A stretch of 63,012 nt of DNA, filler included, from Octopus bimaculoides (taxonomy: Eukaryota): the NCBI RefSeq assembly GCF_001194135.2. It is 6 parts of 6 records of this genome, joined end to end, with 100 filler letters (N's around TTAATTAATTAA, not from the genome) between each part and the next. Parts side by side here need not be neighbours in the genome. Positions count along the whole stretch, not along the records: positions 1 to 27,236 come from NC_068996.1; 5 more parts are not named here. One strand, written 5' to 3'. Each line of letters opens with the position of its first letter. Within the stretch, counting starts at the first letter, position 1. The notes below the pieces were generated by a model. That model ran no database searches. It saw only the letters and a program-made list of their open reading frames with translations, and had not been told where the DNA came from. This document shows positions 13,229-26,112 of the stretch, in pieces. The position numbers and the translations under genes are program-made.

Positions 13229-13438
13229 CCGGTGATTTTCAGGATAAATATCATTAAAAAAACAGGGTTCTACTCATGTAAAGTGATTACTATTGTTTGG
13301 ACAGTTCCAATTAAATAAGTTCAGAAGTTAGGTTAAATATATATACATGCATAAGTACCATGAATTCCCACCCTACAATCATGACAAACAATTCCGTGAA
13401 TACTTTACTGGGCAAGGCTGGGTGGTAAGTCTAGTATG

Positions 13439-13482
<44 letters not shown>

Positions 13483-13742
13483 CATACACACTCAACTAGA
13501 ACTAAGAAGTCTTTTACTACACAGCATAAAAAAATCTCTGCATTTCCTCAATTCCATGTTATGTGTATCTGCCAATAGCATCAATGCATTTGAGTGACCT
13601 TTATCCTGTTAGATTGTGGAAGTATTCAAAATATAATATCAGATGTAGCCTGGTGTTCAGCATAGTAACAGTGGTCAATAAAGCTTGCTCCCTATGTTGA
13701 GCAACAATAGTAGAGATGGATGGAATGTGTGCATTATATATA

Positions 13743-13804
<62 letters not shown>

Positions 13805-15570
13805 TGCATACATGTGAACTCGCACACCATTACTATGTATACTTTTTCCATCCTGGCATAGGTCCGTTGCGTCCTTGTTTAGGCTGTATTCAGTTGGATG
13901 CCCTTTCTGTCACCAACACTCGTTCAGCTAAGCTATTGCCAAAGTGATGACATTGTGTCATGACACAGATGTGAAGACACACACACACACAGTTTATGAT
14001 ATATTATGTAGATAGAATTAAAATCCAAGCTGTGTCCTCTCGCAGCACATCTGCTTATTCCAGTATTCCAAAACCATTATGTAGATGAGTTGTTATATTT
14101 GTGTGAGGTATGCATAAGAATTGAAAATACCAGAATATTCTTTCTGTTGAGTAATGATATCAAAACAGGTGATTGGAAAATTATTTGGTGCTATTTATTC
14201 ACCTTGGTGAATAAATAATACCAAAAAATTTTCCAGTTTCCCATTTTGATATTATAATTTATTATCTTCAGGTCCCCCAGCAGTTACAACTCAGTTTTGC
14301 AACTCAGGTCTCACATTATCACAATCTTCAGGTCCCCAACTGTTTACAGCTCAGTTTTGGTGTAATGCTTTGTATTTGTTGGAATGATGGGTGTGGTCTC
14401 TTGTTTATGCCTGTTCATTGATTTCTCTTCATGCATTTGATATTTGACTGTTCATTGTTTAATTTGTGTGGTGTGGTGCTGACATTCCTTCCATTTGTCG
14501 ATGTTTAGGGGTAGCATGTTTGGTTTGCACATTTACTAGATTTATCTTTTAATCTAATTACAGCTGTTTGTATGTGTTTCTTTTTAATTTGGTCAAGTTT
14601 GTTTTGATGTTTGCTAATATTGGTGCTTCGGTGCAATATGTCTATTGGTGAGGTTTTTGGTTTGGTCATGGTTAGAAAATTTTTAAGATGTGTTTGTATG
14701 AGTTAGTGTGTGTGTGTGTATGGAGATAGGGTTGCTTGTAAATATAATGATAAAAACTACTTAAAGAATGACGTGTGTATATATACATATATATATATAT
14801 AAACAAATTTACATCTGGTTTTATTAGAAGCATCAAAATGTGTATTGTACAATACAAACAAGAGGTGATATTTTTTTCGAATGCAGCAGAAATAATGAGT
14901 AAATTACCTTTACAAGGTGGAAAAAGTTGTCAACAAACAACCTTTGGACTCAAACCCACATCCCCCAAAACTCGAGCTTAATGTTAAGCTAAAATACCCA
15001 CTGAAAATTTCATCTGCCGATTTAGATGCTAAATAGCTTATTGAACAACCACATGTATATAAATATAAACAAACTTACATTTGTTTATATTAGAAGCATT
15101 GGATTGGTAAAGCATTCAGCTGGAGTCTTGGGGGATGTGGGTTCCAGTTCTAAGGCTGTTTGTTGACAACTTTTTGCATCTTGTAAGGGTAATTTATCCA
15201 TTATTTCTACTGTTCTAACAGAAATGCTGCATACAAAAAAAATCACCTTGTTTGTATCGTATAATTAAAGAATATTTGTTTAAGACTTTAAGCATGATGC
15301 TTCAAAATGGTAGTTAGTGGGTGAGTGGCTTTTTGCTGGTGTTTGGAATTTTGTTTTTGTCAACAATGATGCAGTGTTTATGAAGTATGAACTTTGGTGT
15401 CACTTACTGAATTTACTTGTTAGACCAATTAAAAATTTCTGTTTATTTATTTCATTGGCGAGTGATTTTTAAAAAATGTATTTGTTAATCTTTAAGAGTG
15501 TTTGCTTGCATCTGTGTTCTGGTCAATATATCTTCATAAATCGTTTATTAATCCATATAGATCAGCATTG

Positions 15571-15605
<35 letters not shown>

Positions 15606-15678
15606 CAAATTAAAAGCAGTGCTAATAATGTAAACATTATGGGCTGTACATAAATTAGTACATGTTTTGTTTATACAC

Positions 15679-15754
15679 CTGTATGCTGCAGGATAGCATT
15701 GAGGGGGAAAAACCCTATTTGACACTGGTGTTATGCAGGCAGCTTTCCCAGGTG
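15679..15754 (-). CDS. Weak candidate internal exon
   Basis: AG|(A)PGKAACITPVSNRVFPPQCYPAAY(R)|GTGTAT; unique higher-GC island, but weak splice sites and plausible plus-strand readings also exist. Confidence 0.15.
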
Positions 15755-16209
15755 CTATGCCACAACATATGGGCATATAAAAAAAAAACACACACCATGT
15801 ATGTGCGACTGATAATATACATACATACATATAATAATAACTTATGCATTTGTTTATATATGTGTGTGTGTATATATATCTATGTATGTGTGTGTGTGTA
15901 TACATTTTAGATATTTATTACATATTTATTATGCATATATTATAATGCATGTGTATATATATATATTTATATATATGTATTTATACATTGTGTATATATT
16001 ATATATGTTATGTATACATGTCTGTTTATACCTCTGTGTGTGTGTATACACACACACACACACACACACATATATGCTCATACACACACATGAAAGTATG
16101 GAGGCTTAGAAAGATCAGTGTAGAGATTGGAAAGCAGCAGCAGAGTTAAAGAGTAAAATAAACGACTAATCTAGTGTTGTAGCTGTTTGGTGATAAAATA
16201 GTAGTCAAA

Positions 16210-16261
<52 letters not shown>

Positions 16262-16543
16262 ACCTGATTATAAAATGTTGTTATACATTGTTACACTGTG
16301 CTTTGCACCATTTTCGCTTCCAAGTGATGCCACCCAACTGGCTAGATGGAGCAAGCAAACATTCCCTCTGATCAGAAGGTCAGTTCATCACAGGGTGACC
16401 CACTTGAAGCTGAGTGAACTGGAGCAACATGAAATGAAATATTTTGCTCAAGAATACAACACACTGCTTGGTCTGAGAATCAAACCCAAGATCTGGCAAT
16501 TGTGAATGCAACATGCCTAACCACCGGGCCATGTGCCTCCATG

Positions 16544-16590
<47 letters not shown>

Positions 16591-16600
16591 GTCTGTCTGT

Positions 16601-16647
<47 letters not shown>

Positions 16648-17058
16648 GACATACATGCTCCCATGCACACACACACACACACGCACACACAGGTCTGCAA
16701 TTTTAAGCTCACACATCCACATGTGCTTGCTCCCATTCACACATACACACATGCCCTTGCACACCCTAGTTCATCCGGGTCACCGTTATTATCTCCCTTT
16801 CATTCACCTTCTTTCTTCCAGCCATTTTATCATGTTGAACTGTTAATCTCTACACATTTTTTTCTTTGTTTTTTTTTTTCATTCTCTCTCTCCTTTTTTT
16901 TTCCCTCCCCTCAATCCTTTCTATCAAAGAGCATAGGCTCGAAACATCAAAGACTTTTCCATTCTTCCTGAGTGTCAAACTTACCTGTTTGTTGTTCCTT
17001 CACCTGTATTTGTCTTTTGTTTTCTGTAAATTCGAAACATACACACACATGCACACAT

Positions 17059-17166
<108 letters not shown>

Positions 17167-19214
17167 TGGTTATCAGAAATTTCAGTATATTCCCAGTGGT
17201 TACCAATTTTATTTCTCTATTTCTCCATCTGAAGAATCAACAGATGAAACAGGCAGTCCAGTCACTAAGATATATTGGACTTTAGCATGTCTCTCAAAAT
17301 AATTTTAGTTCTCATACAGTTGTGACATTTTTTTTTTTTTTCTTGCAGCATTGATTTACAAAGCTCAAACTGTCATATATATACACATACATACATACAT
17401 ATATACATCGTATCATCTTTTGTGTTGGCAAATTTAGTCAAGCTAAGTGGAATTTAAAATGAAATATTATAAAGGTGTTAACTAAATACTTAAAAAGCAT
17501 TTAGTCCGGTGCTCTAACGTTTTTGCAGTTTTATTACTTTTTATTATAATTATAAGGCAGTAGTAATGATTGCAGTGTTGTTTGTCCCATTGACAAAAGA
17601 TATTCATTTTTTTGGATAACAATAACAAAGATCACATTAGTAGATTCTTCTTGCTCCCGAAATCATGCCAGATTTGAGTATCTTTCCTTGCAGGGACTAT
17701 TTAATTTGGAGAGGGTTGGTGCCTGTGTTGTGACCATATATTCCACTAGTTGCATACACAAGAACTACATTTCTTATATATAGTATTATGTTTGTTGTTC
17801 TACGAGGCTTTAGTTATATCCGTATATACAAATACACACACATAAAACGCACACCCGTATTACATTAAATACAATAAAGAGTAAGGTGTGTGTTTTGTGT
17901 TATAATTCATTATTATTTGAGTTAGTCTGCACTGAATCTGGGATTTCGGTCAGAACAACTTTATTTGTATTCTTCAGTTGTACACACACACATTGGTTAT
18001 AAGAAATTTTAATATATTCCCAGTGATTACCAGTTTCATTTTTCAATTCCTGCACCTAACGAATCAAGAGATGAAACAGGCCGTGTGTGTTTATAAGGCA
18101 GTCAGTTGGCAGAGCCATTAGAGTATCAGATGAAATGCTTTGTAGTATTTCTTCCAATTCACTGTGCTCTTGAGTTCAAATCCTGCCAAGGTTAACTTTG
18201 CCTTTTGTTCTTCCCTTTTTTTTTTGTCAGGGAGTTGGGGAACAATAAATAAAATACCAGCCATGTACTGAGGTTGATTCTTCTCTCTCTAACACACACA
18301 CACATACACACACTCATTCATTTTCTACATGGAAAAAAATTGGTTGTGTTCAAAATGAGAGAAGGGTGGGTTCTGCCAGGCTTAAAATATCCAGGATACA
18401 TCATGTGTCACAATGGCATCATCAGAACTTCCTCAGGAGGTGAGGGCTCCAAAACAACATTATCTATCTATCATGCTGTATGTATATATGTGTGCATGTC
18501 AATCTTTGTGTTTTCATTTTTATCGGCCTAAAACAATTTTCTTTACCAGTATTTATTTTAATTTAATATAAAAAAAATTAATTTGAATCACCTTCATTTC
18601 TGTGATATGGAATTGAAATTGAGACCTAAATTAATATATACAATTTGCGTAAAATATGTCAGTTAATGAATAAAAGCACATCTCGCTTTCTCTAGTGTGG
18701 TCTTTCTCATCTATATCTCTCTCTCCCTCTCCTCCCTTTTCTCCCTCTATCTAATGGGTTCATTACAGAATTTTTGTTGATTTGATAGAAATTTTTTCAA
18801 ATTAATTATTTGATTTGATTGTCTGAAAGCAGCGCATGATCTGTATGCCTAATTGCATGTCCAAAGTCATTATCATGAGTTCATATATATACATACATAT
18901 AATATGTATACATACATACATCCATATAATACATATATATATATATATGTGTGTGTGCATATGTGTACACATTATCTGGTGCATGCAAATGTTCATGGGC
19001 AAATAAAAGATTTGAGCTTGAAATTTTGTCAAATGTTTATTTATTTAGGATCTTTCACATATTTAAAAGAAAAAAAGTTTTTGATATTTCCATTTTTACT
19101 CCAATTAACTTGTCTGTTAATTATTAGTTTTAATTGACTGGACAAAATGCTAAGTTATGTAGGAATCTGGCCTTGAATGTAACAAAATCTTGTAACATTT
19201 TAGTTGATTCCTGT

Positions 19215-19480
19215 CTTATAGATAAACATAATGATTGGATAAATGGACGAGTTTCTATAGTTGCTAGAAGTAGAAATTAAATCTTCCTCAAATAGCAGAT
19301 GGTGTATCAGGTAATATGGTGCTGAATACAAAATACTGAAGAAAAAAAATAGATGGTCACATTTGGAACATCTTTGGATCAAAACTGACTTGGGACTAAG
19401 CAACAACTACAGCCATGAATAATAACTACTATACCATCCATTAAATAATGTAGTCCTAGAGGTACTTTGAATAAAAGATG
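19215..19480 (+). mobile_element. Highly decayed R4/Dong-like LINE fragment (pre-RT region)
   Basis: KHNDWI...DGHI..WIK remnants with stops and frameshifts. Confidence 0.3.
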
Positions 19481-19494
19481 GGATGGTCTCAGTT

Positions 19495-19688
19495 CTCTTT
19501 TACCTTTTACTTGTTTCAACCATTAGAATGTGGCCATGCTGGGGCACTGCATAGAAGAATTTTTAGTCAAATAAATCAACACCAGTACTTAATTTTTTAA
19601 AGTCTGATACTTATTCTATTGGTCTATTTTGTTGAACCACTAAGTTACCAGAATTTAATCTCATCAATACTGATTGTCAAGTGATGGT

Positions 19689-19735
<47 letters not shown>

Positions 19736-19840
19736 CAAGCTTCTTTTCAGTTTCCATCTACCAAATCCACTCACAGGGCTTTGATTGACCTGAGGCTATA
19801 AGTTGAAGGCACTTGCCCAAGGTTCCACCATTTGGTTGGT
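19495..19840 (-). mobile_element. SINE family 1 copy, diverged
   Basis: Reverse complement of family 1 body and tail with internal (CA)n. Confidence 0.75.
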
Positions 19841-20327
19841 CATAGATTTGCTAAATCAGGACTGACCCAAACAACAATAACAACAATGGTAACCCATTGT
19901 GAAACTCTTAATCTAGTCTTTGACTGTTTAACCTTATAAGGTGGTCACTCATGCTATCACTCTTTCCATTCTTTAAGTGTCTGATTTCTTTGGTTTCTAG
20001 GAGGTCTTCTCTCAGTGTGGAACCAGAATCAACTCATCTAAAATTAACAGCTATTTTTAATTTTTTTAATAGAGCAAAATTCATGTGTAGGAGAAAAGTG
20101 TGTAGCCCTGGGAACCAATCACAATATTTGGTTGGTGCTTATTTTATCGACCCTGGAAGAATGAAGGACTTGCTTATTTTATGGACCCTGGAAGAATGAA
20201 GGACTATGTCAACACTGCTAGGATTTGAACTTAATGTGCACATGTTAAGGTATTATTGAGAGGTGATGGTGCCGCCTTGAAAGAAGACTTACTACAGACT
20301 GAAGTAATATTCTAATAGAATTCTCTA

Positions 20328-20527
20328 AAGGCGGCGAGCTGGCAGAATCGTTAGCACGCCGGGCGAAATGGTTAGCGGCATTTCGTGTGTCTTTATGTTC
20401 TGAGTTCAAATTTCGCCGAGGTCAACTTTGCCTTTCATCCTTTTGGGGTCGATAAATTAAGTACCAGTTGCATACTGAGATTGATCTAATCAACTGACCC
20501 CCTCCCACAAAATTTCGGGCCTTGTAT
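20328..20527 (+). mobile_element. SINE family 2 (aaggcggcgagctggcagaa head)
   Basis: B-box-like gagttcaaat, core ctttgcctttcatcctttcggggtcgataa, tail aaatttcgggccttg. Confidence 0.8.
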
Positions 20528-20699
20528 TAAGGCATTTCACTGCAGTTTGTTGAGGAGATGAAAAAAACAAACAAACAAAAGAAACTCGCCTTTGACTTAA
20601 ACAAACATATTTGAACTGGTTTGTATGTTGTTATACTTTTCAGTTGCTGTTATGGGTTGAATAGAACTCATCACTTGTTGCAATCCATCTTATTTGGTG

Positions 20700-20730
<31 letters not shown>

Positions 20731-20734
20731 AAAC

Positions 20735-21047
20735 TGTTACTCTGTCAGTTACGATGACAAGGGTTCCAATCAATGGAACAATCTCTTCATGAAATTAACC
20801 TGCAAGTGGCTGAGCACTCCGCAGACACAAGTACCCTTAATGTAGTTCTCAGGGATATTCTCTGAGAATGCGATAAGGGAGATTCAGCATGACACAGTGT
20901 GACAAGGCTGGCCCTTTGAAATACAAGTCATTTTTGTCAGCTGAGTGGAGCAATGTGAAATAAAGTGCCTTGCTCAAGGACACAACATACCGCTGGGAAT
21001 TGAACTCATGTTCTTACAAATACCCAAACCACTTAGCCACATGCCTT

Positions 21048-21050
<3 letters not shown>
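20735..21050 (-). mobile_element. SINE family 3-related copy
   Basis: Shares aaattaac.tgcaagtggctgagcactcc..agacac...gtgtgacaaggctg.ccctttgaa with 58517-58898. Confidence 0.65.
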
Positions 21051-21113
<63 letters not shown>

Positions 21114-21792
21114 CAAACAAACAAAATGATAAAGTTAACTGATCAATTTTGGTGTTGTGCATATCTTGCAATTTGCATCAGGTACATTTTATTGTTTCTC
21201 TAGTGCCAGACAAGTTGTATCTTATTTAGAATAGTATCAAGGTATTGTTAAGAAGGATTGGTACCACCATGAAAGAAGACTTCCTACAAACTGCAGTAAT
21301 ATTCAAAAACACAAATTCTCTACAGAAAGCCAAACTGGTTGCAATTCTTGGAAAGAAGGATTAGGTGTAACAGTTTACTCAATATTACACCTTGCCTAGT
21401 TGGAAAGCCTGTTTTGATGCTTGTGGAGTGCACAACTTGCTTGTATTTTCTGTTTCTTTATGGAAGTGGGGCATATCTTCTAAACCTGGATACCCTTCCT
21501 GTCACCAACCACTTTTCAAAGAACACTAATGCATTTATTTTTGTCATCAGCACTAGACAGATTGCTTCGTACAAGGCAGACTAAAGCGTACCCCTATTTT
21601 GTCCCAGTTCTTATTTTGAGTTACAACCATTGTAGAAGGTTTATTATAGTGATACATCTTATGGCTGCTTCTGTGTCTTGTACATTCCTTGTTTTGGTAG
21701 AATTCTTACAGCGGAACACTCATTCTGTCACCAAACACTTTACAGGGTGAACTGGGTGCATTTTATCATGCCACCAAGCACAGACAGGTTGT

Positions 21793-22471
21793 TTAACCCC
21801 TTAACAACCAAACTGCTCTGTCAAATGTAATGCTTTTTTTATTCACGTTGTTGTTTGAATTAATCATGCATTATTTTATAGCTTTAAGGTGGTGGTGAGC
21901 TGGCAGAAGCGTTAGCACCCCGGGCAAAATGCTTAGCGGTATTTCTTCTGTCTTTATGTTCTGAGTTCAAATTCCACCAAGGTTGACTTTGCCTTTCATC
22001 CTTTCGAGGTCGATAAATTAAGTACCAGTTGCATACTAGGGTCGATCTAATTGATGTCCTCCTCCCTACAAAATTTCAGGCTTTGTGCCTAGAGTAGAAA
22101 AGATTATTAAAGGTGGTGAGTTGACAGAAACGTTAGCATGCCAGGTGAAATGCTTAGCGTCAGTCTTTATGCTCTGAGTTCAAATTTCGCCGAGGTCAAT
22201 TTTGCCTTTCATTCTTTCAGGGTCGATAGATTAAGTATCAGTTGCATACTGGGGTTCATCTAACCAACTGGCTCCCTCCCCAAAAATTTCGGGCCTTGTG
22301 CCTAAAGTAGAAAGGATTATTTGATAGCTTTGAGATTTTGATGAGGTAACTGTTAATTTTTAGAATGATATATTTTAGGGTTGGTGTGAGAGAATAGATC
22401 TGGACAGTTTGACCATAAAACAGGTAGAGTATTTCAGCCGGATATGGCCAGTTTAAATGCTAAAGGGTTAA
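21793..22471. mobile_element. piggyBac-type MITE split by a SINE family 2 tandem dimer (21886-22315)
   Basis: TTAAcccc ... atgctaaagggTTAA termini; 16-bp target duplication attattttatagcttt (21870-21885) / attatttgatagcttt (22316-22331). Confidence 0.75.
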
Positions 22472-22505
22472 TTTTGAGGGGACTAACTTCTACTCAGCAT
22501 CAGTA

Positions 22506-22880
22506 CTGCTGAAAAAGGACCCAAACAAGTGGGATGTTATAGAAAATTTCAGGCCTATCATGCTGCTCAATACAGAGTTGAAGATTTTGACCAAGATGTT
22601 AGCCAAGAGGTTGGTGCTTCTCATGGACAAGCTGACTGGCAAGGCACACATTTACCATCCCAAACAGATCTATTCGTGACAACCTCCACTTTATGCGCTA
22701 CATCACAGAGAGGGTAGGAACAAAGCTGGCATGGGTGGGGTTCTGATCAATTCAGATCAGTCTAAGGTCTTTGATAGGGTCGACCATCAATACTTGGCAG
22801 CTGTACTCAGGGCAGCCGGTTTCGGTTTGGTTTTCCGTGGTTGGATCGCTGCTTTGTATAGCGGTATCTGCTTGGTCCGG
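22506..22880 (+). pseudogene. Tx1/L1-clade reverse transcriptase fragment, frameshifted
   Basis: LLKKDPNKWDVIENFRPIMLLNTELKILTKMLAKRL... then GVLINSDQSKVFDRVDHQYLAAVLRAAGFG (RPI.LLN.D.KI and D..KAFDRV motifs). Confidence 0.85.
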
Positions 22881-22934
22881 GGCCTATGGATAATTTCCAG
22901 AAATAATAATAATAATAATAATGGTTTCACATTT

Positions 22935-23133
22935 TGCCACAAGGGCAGCAATTTTGGGGGAGAGGATGAGTCGATTACATCGACTCCAGTGCGTAACTGG
23001 TACTTAATTTATCGACCCCGAAAGGATGAAAGGCAAAGTTGACCTCAGCTGAATTTGAACTTAGAACGTAGCGACAGACGAAATACCGCTAAGCATTTCG
23101 GCCGCGTGCTAATGATCCTGCCAGCTCACCGCC
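22935..23133 (-). mobile_element. SINE family 2 copy with alternative tail
   Basis: Reverse complement of family 2 head and core, flanked by (AAT)n. Confidence 0.8.
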
Positions 23134-23177
23134 TTATTATTATTATTATTATTATTATTATTAGTAGTAGTAGTAGT

Positions 23178-23214
<37 letters not shown>

Positions 23215-23517
23215 ATCTTTTCTCCAACTGGCGTTTGGCTTGAAATTTTTGTGGAGAGTACTATAGTCAATTATATCAACCTCACTGCTCAATTGGTACT
23301 GACCCTGAAAGAATGAAAGACATAGTTGGACCTCGGCGGAATTTGAACTCAAAGCGTAAAGCCGGAATATAAATCTAATAACAAACAATGTTTGACGATG
23401 TTTATTCTGCAAATTAGAGATAAATATTTGTAATAAATTTGGAGGTAAATATTGGCTTGAGGTGTCATTACCGACGAAGAATTTATATACGACTATCAGG
23501 GACGACATTAACTAATA

Positions 23518-23938
23518 AGTCTCTTTTATTCTTTTACTTGTTTCAGTCATTTGACTGTGGTCATGCTGGAGTACTGCCTTTAGTCGAGCAAATCGTCCCC
23601 AGGACTTATTCTTTGTAAGCCTAGTACTTATTCTATCTGTCTCTCTTGTCGAACCGCTAAGTGACGGGGACGTAAACACACCAGCATCGGTTGTCAAGCG
23701 ATGTTGGGGGGACAAACACAGACACAGAAACACATACACACACTCACACAAATATATATATATACGTATTTATATATATACGATGGGCTTCTTTCAGTTT
23801 CCGTCTACTAAATCCACTCACAAGGCTTTGGTCGACCCAAGGCTATAGTAGAAGACACTTGCCCAAGGTGCCACGCAGTGGGACTGAACCTGGAACTATG
23901 TGGTTCGTAAGCAAGCTACTTACCACACAGCCACTCCT
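23518..23938 (-). mobile_element. SINE family 1, full length
   Basis: Complete head-to-tail match in reverse orientation. Confidence 0.85.
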
Positions 23939-25264
23939 ACACATACAGAAGAGAATTTGGCAAAATATTTTATTCTTCCATTTGTTTTAAAGATGGTAAG
24001 GTGTGATTTGAGGGAACTTTGGCTACTATTTCTTGATAGTCAAGTAAGTCGACGGTAGTAACACTTTTCTTCGTATGCATATGAATCATTACTTTTTCTC
24101 TTCTTTATAGGAGTCTTCTTTAGCATGTTAATTTCAGTGAAACTTTGGAAGTGAGTAGAGATTTAGCTAAGCTGATTTTGTATGTATTTTTAGAAGAATG
24201 TAAGCAAACTATCAGAACTTGTTAAGGATAGTCGCTAGAATTGGTAAGTTAGTGGTGGTTTGTGTCAGCATGAATTAGTTTGGAAATATCAAGAAAAATG
24301 GTTTATATTGCAGCAGCATGAGATGAAGTAGAGAATAATGTTTCAAGCAGAACCTTATGTCTAAGAACTCGTATCTTCCCTGACGAGCAAATCATCTCAA
24401 AACTTCAATAAATTCTTCATTTCATGGGTCAACACTATCAACATACCTCTTCTACTTTATTTCCAATCACAGCTCATTACAGTTTGTTTATTTTAACTAT
24501 TACAGATATAACATCTACTTCTGTTTCAATGTTTTTTCATAGTTGTTACTTATATCTGCGTTATTTTCCAAAACTAAAACGTCGACAGAAGGTTCATATA
24601 TCTGTTTATATATCATTGTTGTTGTGTTAATTCACGTATTGTAAACGTCTCTGTGCATGTTTGTATGTAATGGGTGAGATATCACTTTCAAGCAATCATT
24701 GAAGCTGTCCCCTTTACATATATTTACAAAATAATATATGCTTTTCAATTTTCTTCAGATTTTGCATTGTATTTTGTGCTTTTATTGACGGGAATATCTT
24801 GTTTTCCTTGCACTTTTTGTTTCTTTTTCTTTAAGTGAAGCTTTTAAGTTGGTTTGTTCTTACCCCAACCGAAATATAACCATAACTCTAACGCTAATCC
24901 TAACCTCAATCCTAACTCGAACTTACTATATATGTTTTGATTGGGAGATCGGAAAAAATTAATAGTCCGCGATCGGGAATGGTCATCGATTTATTTGCAG
25001 ACCGCCTCTAAATGCAGCCCGTCATACATTTCTAGCTTTAGTTGGATCCTTTGTATGCCAAAAAAAAAGAAGAAAAAGAGGTTGACTAAGGAATATATGT
25101 ACTAACGCGATCAATTTCATCTGTGTTCTGAGATCAAATCCTCTCATGAGCCTTTGATGGGCGCATGACTATAGTAGGTGTTACGGAATGCCACTGAATC
25201 CGGAACTAAGTTGTTGGGAAGCAAACTTCCTACCATATAACTCGCCTGCGCCTTTCTTGACCAT

Positions 25265-25325
25265 ATTATACTGACGAGTAGAAGTTGTATAATACTACAA
25301 TAACTACCAAATCATGATCTATAAT
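25265..25325 (+). ncRNA. Type-I hammerhead motif with G12 to C substitution (probably inactive)
   Basis: ATTATA-CTGACGA-GTAG..TTGTA/TACAA..CTAC-CAAA-TCATGA-TC-TATAAT; 6-bp stem I, palindromic stem III ATCATGAT. Confidence 0.55.
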
Positions 25326-25487
25326 TTAGTCCGTTTTTAAGGGGTTGGCTTTGAGAGTTGCATTTCCTCGCATTCGGTAAAAATGTGTTTTTATAGTAGT
25401 CTGACCTTAGAGTCCCTCATGGCGTGAGGCGTTATTGTATAGTAATGCCCTTATATAAATATATATATATATATATATAAATCTAGG

Positions 25488-25665
25488 GAGAATTCACACA
25501 AAAAAATACAACAAAACAAAAGACGAAGACAGGTGGTGTAGACAACAAACAGATGTATTCGTTTAACGCTCGGGAAGTGAAAAAGTCTTTAACGTTTCGA
25601 GCCTATGCGCTTCCACAGAAAGAAACAGGAAGAGAAAAAAAAAGAATGTGTAGTGGCTAGCGATC
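25488..25665 (-). repeat. Dispersed repeat carrying a degenerate hammerhead-like hairpin
   Basis: Related copies at about 16915-17040 (+), 48020-48200 (-), partial at 26213-26260. Confidence 0.7.
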
Positions 25666-25692
25666 AATATATATAATGTGTGTGTATACGCT

Positions 25693-25899
25693 TATTCTTT
25701 TACTTGTTTCAGTCATTTGACTGCGGCCATGCTGGAGTACCGCATTGAAGAGCTTTTAGTCGAATGAATCAACCCCAGGACTATATTTTTAAAGCCTAGT
25801 ACGTATTCTCTTTTTGCTGAACCGCTAAATTACGGGGACGTAAACATACCAACGCCAGTTGTCAAGCAGTGATGGGATACGGAATAAACATACACACAG

Positions 25900-25932
<33 letters not shown>

Positions 25933-26042
25933 CGGCGGGATTCTTTCAGTTTCCGTTTACCAAATCTACTCACAAGGCGTTGGTTGGCCCGAGGCTATAG
26001 TAGAAGACACTTGCCCAAGGTACAACGCAGTGGAACTGAACA
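25693..26042 (-). mobile_element. SINE family 1 copy
   Basis: Reverse complement of family 1 body and tail. Confidence 0.8.
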
Positions 26043-26061
26043 GCTGCGCTATATATGTATA

Positions 26062-26112
<51 letters not shown>

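Noticed and set aside
18412-18439. Plus-strand MASSELPQE|GTGAGG first exon; also acceptors at about 17693 and 43540 and open frames at 47850-47950
   Set aside because: No phase-compatible partner exons or recognisable homology.
24372-24410. CTGACGA hammerhead-like start
   Set aside because: No convincing stem II, GAAA or stem III.
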